A stretch of DNA of 47,055 nt, taken from Aduncisulcus paluster. Lineage: Eukaryota. Both the position numbers and the translations under genes were made by a program. The stretch covers positions 1 through 47,055 of the forward strand of contig BQXS01010884.1 of assembly GCA_024181965.1 (NCBI GenBank), in the 5' to 3' direction. Below are positions 43,701-47,055 of this stretch, one piece after another (the stretch's first letter is position 1; each line of letters opens with the position of its first letter). A model generated the notes under the pieces. The model was not told the DNA's origin. It saw nothing but the letters and a program-made list of their open reading frames with translations, and did not search any database.

Positions 43701-44595
43701 CGTCAAAGAATATAATCGACGGTGCATGCTTTTTTGCATCTAAAAATAGCAATCTTAATTGTTTCTCAGATTCCCCAACCCATTTTGAAAGGCAATCAGC
43801 CCCATTCTTAAGGAAAAAAGATACTTTCTGTCCAAGCATATTCGAACACATAGACGCAAGAACACGACAAACAAGGGTCTTTCCACATCCAGGGGGTCCA
43901 TAAAATAGAATGCCTCGAGGTGGATTCGCACCGACTGATCCAAAAATAGCCTTGTGACAAAGTGGAAATAATACGATCTCTTTTACCTGTCTAATTTGTT
44001 CATCTAATCCACCAATCTCGTCAAAGAATATAATCGACGGTGCATGCTTTTTTGCATCTAAAAATAGCAATCTTAATTGTTTCTCAGATTCCCCAACCCA
44101 TTTTGAAAGGCAATCAGCCCCATTCTTAAGGAAAAAAGATACTTTCTGTCCAAGCATATTCGAACACATAGACGCAAGAACACGACAAACAAGGGTCTTT
44201 CCACATCCAGGGGGTCCATAAAATAGAATGCCTCGAGGTGGATTCGCACCGACTGATCCAAAAATAGCCTTGTGACAAAGTGGAAATAATACGATCTCTT
44301 TTACCTGTCTAATTTGTTCATCTAATCCACCAATATCGTCAAATGAAAGTGAAGAATCAATTCGATCTGTTGCAACCATTGATGGAACCTCAGGTTGGGG
44401 TTCACGCTGCGATAGTTCAGGATTTCTTTCCTTCATTTGGAGATATAAGGACCGAGAAGATGTAAATTTTGAAGAAGAATTGACGTTCGATTGCCTAAGA
44501 GATTTCTTATATATCACATCTGCATCTTCGAAAATAGAAAAGGAATCTGAAAACCCTTCAGATTCGGGAAGAAGAAGAAGAGGATTCATCGTCAT
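40741..44595 (-). CDS. ATAD2/Yta7-like AAA+ ATPase with a bromodomain-like segment (about 1100 aa once two duplications are collapsed)
   Basis: PPRGILFYGPPGCGKT, FFLKNGADCLSKWVGESEKQLRLLF, FFDEIDGL.P.RSSKQDQIHSSIVSTLL and ALRRPGRFDRE. PLPLSTIFLRLE..IY..ELESDLIL is bromodomain-like. Confidence 0.88.
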   Translation of the reverse strand: MTMNPLLLLPESEGFSDSFSIFEDADVIYKKSLRQSNVNSSSKFTSSRSLYLQMKERNPELSQREPQPEVPSMVATDRIDSSLSFDDIGGLDEQIRQVKEIVLFPLCHKAIFGSVGANPPRGILFYGPPGCGKTLVCRVLASMCSNMLGQKVSFFLKNGADCLSKWVGESEKQLRLLFLDAKKHAPSIIFFDEIGGLDEQIRQVKEIVLFPLCHKAIFGSVGANPPRGILFYGPPGCGKTLVCRVLASMCSNMLGQKVSFFLKNGADCLSKWVGESEKQLRLLFLDAKKHAPSIIFFDEIDGLCPQRSSKQDQIHSSIVSTLLSLLDGLEDRGDVIVIGATNRADSLDAALRRPGRFDREILFTAPDLDGRVNILKIHTKKWVGFDYNILNDIAGLTEGFSGADLNALCNETAIMCLRRTKPHLYVSVSHSKNRIGCSEEKAEEKEEEEEESICPEKIDFICALKRFVPTYERSSVSFSHDFGVKIDILDPIYGVKMPSFCEWFRWYIEEILAKIRPSLLSFHSSKSDFSIDSTHIAPSYLFLDTSNSEISNILVPFLGYSLRSNGYEVVSINTFKNRIHLCESINRFGEQLNSTPIVILVEKSEIVRSIMKDIQSILSNITYGVMFLFLVSNSDPFSHHESISLTKLISTRAKRVKKTIPTLLSDIVSQHFIDLFCIEFGNWAVSHSINRIEKDSLILENEELVHPGQNDPKEQSDSKIKQIIPGHPLIDISEKKKNESESCISQPLFHSIDKRLINPYTSKSLRDEVGSVSIIESQPNSQSPLISHEKKEGEKECDSKSSSPLISPIFGSVLSRYLSMYFFSCSQRIEDGLFWSDDDFIVLHDIKQYMKDNIIRSIMEKAYIKALKSVWNVPAWSLGLIALRNYEVSKIEDRKEKKVFLKDWKKKYSKFRXXXXXXXFHDIKQYMKDNIIRSIMEKAYIKALKSVWNVPAWSLGLIALRNYEVSKIEDRKEKKVFLKDWKKKYSKFRWLFVDEKSSTLRKDSTSVWWTEEKARKEHMFFKSCYKSPFEVVDTNIDFHQLFSPPLFLTSPPFSIPDLGPPLPLSTIFLRLESLIYSHPFELESDLILCALQFKEGYWGQQQSGPMNCIFRMLFHFVDGIHLRNIKIQHDILDKSYKLYFKKQLKIEEIYGKFQKTPNESHSKQDEKEKAKKSIAKSVKSSEKYFIGHSISQNLSRFNSISFLELQKESAKFMKIISKSLRQNTEKLRDKHIHHSSIPCLRYFRAAQRLIKIGYNVLGHVEWIDDYLASFRSFFERIITEILEM
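41629..42068. repeat. exact 209-bp duplication across an N gap (41629-41837 = 41860-42068)
   Basis: Identical copies flank Ns at 41840-41859. Confidence 0.9.
43697..44334. repeat. exact in-frame 318-bp tandem duplication within the AAA domain
   Basis: 106 aa (IGGLDEQ...IIFFDE) are repeated with identical nucleotides. Confidence 0.9.
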
Positions 44596-47029
44596 CGTCT
44601 ACTCTTCTCCTATGAATTGTCAATCTAATCCAATCTCCTTTCGGAGCATACCGAGCCATGATAGCTTTTTGGACCTTCTCAGTTTCACCAATTTCCTGCA
44701 TTTTATATGATACACTCGAAACGGAGGAAATCGATGAATTCAATGAAGAATCTGATGACTCTTCATCACGAATAAGATCTAAATCTGGATTCGAGGCACT
44801 CTCAATATCAGTGTCATCGTCCGAAGAATTTCGAATTGAGCTTGGTGGTTCTAAATTTAGAGCATGTCTTTTATGATGATCTAAAAATAGAAGTTTCTCA
44901 CCAATCTTACTCTTCTCAGAAGATATTCGTGGGTTTGACAGGCACTTTTCGAATCCATGTACTTTGCTCGGATCTTCCATCCAAGATTTAACATCAGAAA
45001 TCTCAATAACCTTCTCAGTTATCCCAAAATAGGACAATGAGGTATTTTCCCAAAATTTACGAGATTTCTTGCCCATTATTTTCTTTTCTTTCAGCATAAT
45101 ATCCCGCATTGAAGCAATTTCTTTCTTATTCCACGAAATCAATTCTTTTAACATTCTGTTTGAATACTTTGACATTTCCTTACATTTTCCCGCTAATTCT
45201 ATTTCAAATCCATTTAAAAGAATGAAAATATTCCTTAAATTCTTTAAATATGGCTTATAATCTTCGTAAGCTTGCTGTGAAGGAGGCGAAAGGAAAATAT
45301 ATGAAACTTTCTCAGAAAATACAGGAATAAATACAGGGGATAGAATCCAATAACAAAAATTATCACACTGATCTGGTGAACATAATGAGTGAATTCTAGA
45401 AATATATTTAGAAATATCTGTGCTTGAAACAAAGAAAGGAATCTCAAATAGAGAAGATGCAGAGAAAAGATTCGATAATACACGTAAATAGACAGAAACC
45501 ACCGAATAAAATGAAATATTATCGCAGATAATTACCCAAACTCCTGCTTTATAACACACTTCAACTTGTTTCTCACTTTCCAAAAATAGGCGAACCATTG
45601 ATAATTTTGAGGAAGATGCTTGTAAAGACTCAAGAAGTGCCTTCCCTTCGTCTAAAATACTCATGCCATGAAGACAAGCAGCCAATCCACTCTTATTATC
45701 ACAATTAATGTGTGAATCGTGTTTAAGTGGATCTAAAATAAGAATAGAACTTTGAGAAAGTTGCTTAAGAGTGGAAAATATTTGCTTTGAACATCCTTTC
45801 CTGTGAATATGCTGAGCTTTATGATATAATAATAATTGTTGCCGCGAGAAGGAAAGAGGAATATAATGAACATTGGAAGAAGCGTTACATCTGTGCTCAT
45901 TGAGGAATATGACACAAACATCTTTAATCCCAAAATAGAATGAATCATGATCCTGAGAAACTCTACTCCGCGGATCTAAAAATAGCATATCGAACATATC
46001 AAGAACAGATGGAGATATTTCAGCCAACTGATGAACAACCTCCTGAGTCATGATATAGAAACATATGTTGGCAAGATTGTCAACCTCCGATTCGATCGTT
46101 TTCCACTCACATAAATCCCTAATACAAATAGATTCGACATTTCTTCCCAGCTGAGAATAATAATAAGAGAATAATTCAACAGGACAAATGATAGCCCAAC
46201 AATGTCCACACAACGACTTCATAAAGAAAGGCAATGATTCAACATGGCATGGAAACAGAAGAGAGGCACTAGACCGATGTGAATATGCAGAACGAAGAGA
46301 ATCAATAACAAGATTCAAATCGTCATCTTGCTTCTCTTCAATCTGAGATTGTCCTTGAGAAAGTTTGAGAATATCAAGTTGGAGATTCAGTTCCCTCGCT
46401 ATAAATAGAACGACACTGATCGGATTGAGCGAAATAATATCTGTTACCGATATCCATCTCGGATCGGAACAACCAACGAACTTCACGAGAAAAGACTCAA
46501 AGCTGAACAATGCTTTTTGAACATCAATTTTCTTCTGAGAATACCTTCGTTTTCCTGTTATTTCGTCTTTTAAAACCTTCGGGGAAGTTTTGATATTTTC
46601 TTCTTTTTTCCCTCGAAGAATAATTTCAATGCAAGACTCGATTCCCAACATCCCAAGAAAAGATAATTCACACATCAGTAAACTCTTAGAAGATGGACTA
46701 ATAATAGGTTCTTTCTCTGTTCTATATTTAGACAATATGCCAGATTCAGAGCGAGTTGAAATTTGGCAATTATTAAAAAATTTCAACACAATTTCCCGCA
46801 AAGAAGGCGAAAGAGATATAAATATTCGCTGAAATTCAGAATAACAAATATATGTTCTATATTTAGAAACTGAGAAAGAAGGAATCATTGGAAAAAGGCA
46901 ATCTATTTTTGGAATTGACTTGGAATATACAATTCTGAATAAATCATAATCAGTATCCACAGTATCGTGAGAAGAAGATGAAGAAGATGCCGATTCTTCC
47001 TCTTCCTCTCCTCTTCCTTCAGAAATCAA
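44558..47029 (-). CDS. degenerate CHD/SNF2-like protein (chromo-like segment plus apparently inactive helicase fold), 5' end probably truncated
   Basis: FLVKFVG...RWIS (chromo-like), WAIICP (motif Ia), YIMTQE, FDMLFLDP (motif II without DEAH), PLSFSRQQLLLY, LKQLSQ, SSSKLSMVRLFL (SGK) and VWVIIC. Confidence 0.6.
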   Translation of the reverse strand: MISEGRGEEEEESASSSSSSHDTVDTDYDLFRIVYSKSIPKIDCLFPMIPSFSVSKYRTYICYSEFQRIFISLSPSLREIVLKFFNNCQISTRSESGILSKYRTEKEPIISPSSKSLLMCELSFLGMLGIESCIEIILRGKKEENIKTSPKVLKDEITGKRRYSQKKIDVQKALFSFESFLVKFVGCSDPRWISVTDIISLNPISVVLFIARELNLQLDILKLSQGQSQIEEKQDDDLNLVIDSLRSAYSHRSSASLLFPCHVESLPFFMKSLCGHCWAIICPVELFSYYYSQLGRNVESICIRDLCEWKTIESEVDNLANICFYIMTQEVVHQLAEISPSVLDMFDMLFLDPRSRVSQDHDSFYFGIKDVCVIFLNEHRCNASSNVHYIPLSFSRQQLLLYHKAQHIHRKGCSKQIFSTLKQLSQSSILILDPLKHDSHINCDNKSGLAACLHGMSILDEGKALLESLQASSSKLSMVRLFLESEKQVEVCYKAGVWVIICDNISFYSVVSVYLRVLSNLFSASSLFEIPFFVSSTDISKYISRIHSLCSPDQCDNFCYWILSPVFIPVFSEKVSYIFLSPPSQQAYEDYKPYLKNLRNIFILLNGFEIELAGKCKEMSKYSNRMLKELISWNKKEIASMRDIMLKEKKIMGKKSRKFWENTSLSYFGITEKVIEISDVKSWMEDPSKVHGFEKCLSNPRISSEKSKIGEKLLFLDHHKRHALNLEPPSSIRNSSDDDTDIESASNPDLDLIRDEESSDSSLNSSISSVSSVSYKMQEIGETEKVQKAIMARYAPKGDWIRLTIHRRRVDDDDESSSSSSRI

Positions 47030-47055
47030 TTCATTGGTGAAGAATCAATTCGATC

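Noticed and set aside
1070-46832. Numerous 60-190 aa ORFs antisense to or nested in long genes
   Set aside because: Shadow frames of real CDSs, often over low-complexity tracts.
1-47055. Alternative genetic code (TAR=Gln as in hexamitid diplomonads), CRISPR arrays or prokaryotic defence operons
   Set aside because: Conserved genes are uninterrupted under the standard code and end in TAA, TAG or TGA. There is no repeat-spacer array, and the context is eukaryotic.

Overview
AT-rich, gene-dense eukaryotic DNA using the standard code (TAA, TAG and TGA all end genes), with very short intergenic spacers and rare short GT-AG introns. From memory, the lineage-specific repeat-protein family at 11.3-12.4 kb resembles Aduncisulcus-type free-living fornicates (inference, not checked). 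Recognisable genes: HP1-like chromodomain protein, POC1, SCP/PSR-type CTD phosphatase, RPT5, TRAPPC9-like, CACHD1/alpha2delta-like, Aurora-like kinase, SPAG8-like, ElaA-like GNAT, LARP4-like, ROK fructokinase, tRNA-Asp(GTC), ATAD2/Yta7 and a degenerate CHD/SNF2-like ORF. The assembly is a draft: four 20-N gaps are flanked by exact duplications, and three further ungapped exact tandem duplications of 318-475 bp split or inflate ORFs. Best leads: (1) a one-base frameshift joining the SNF2-like pseudo-ATPase to ATAD2; (2) an orphan 3' piece of a NAGK-like gene behind a branch-point/AC acceptor-like signal (trans-splicing candidate); (3) a U13-like snoRNA candidate; (4) a structured intergenic RNA candidate at 822-964. 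All family calls come from motif recognition by eye; no searches were run.
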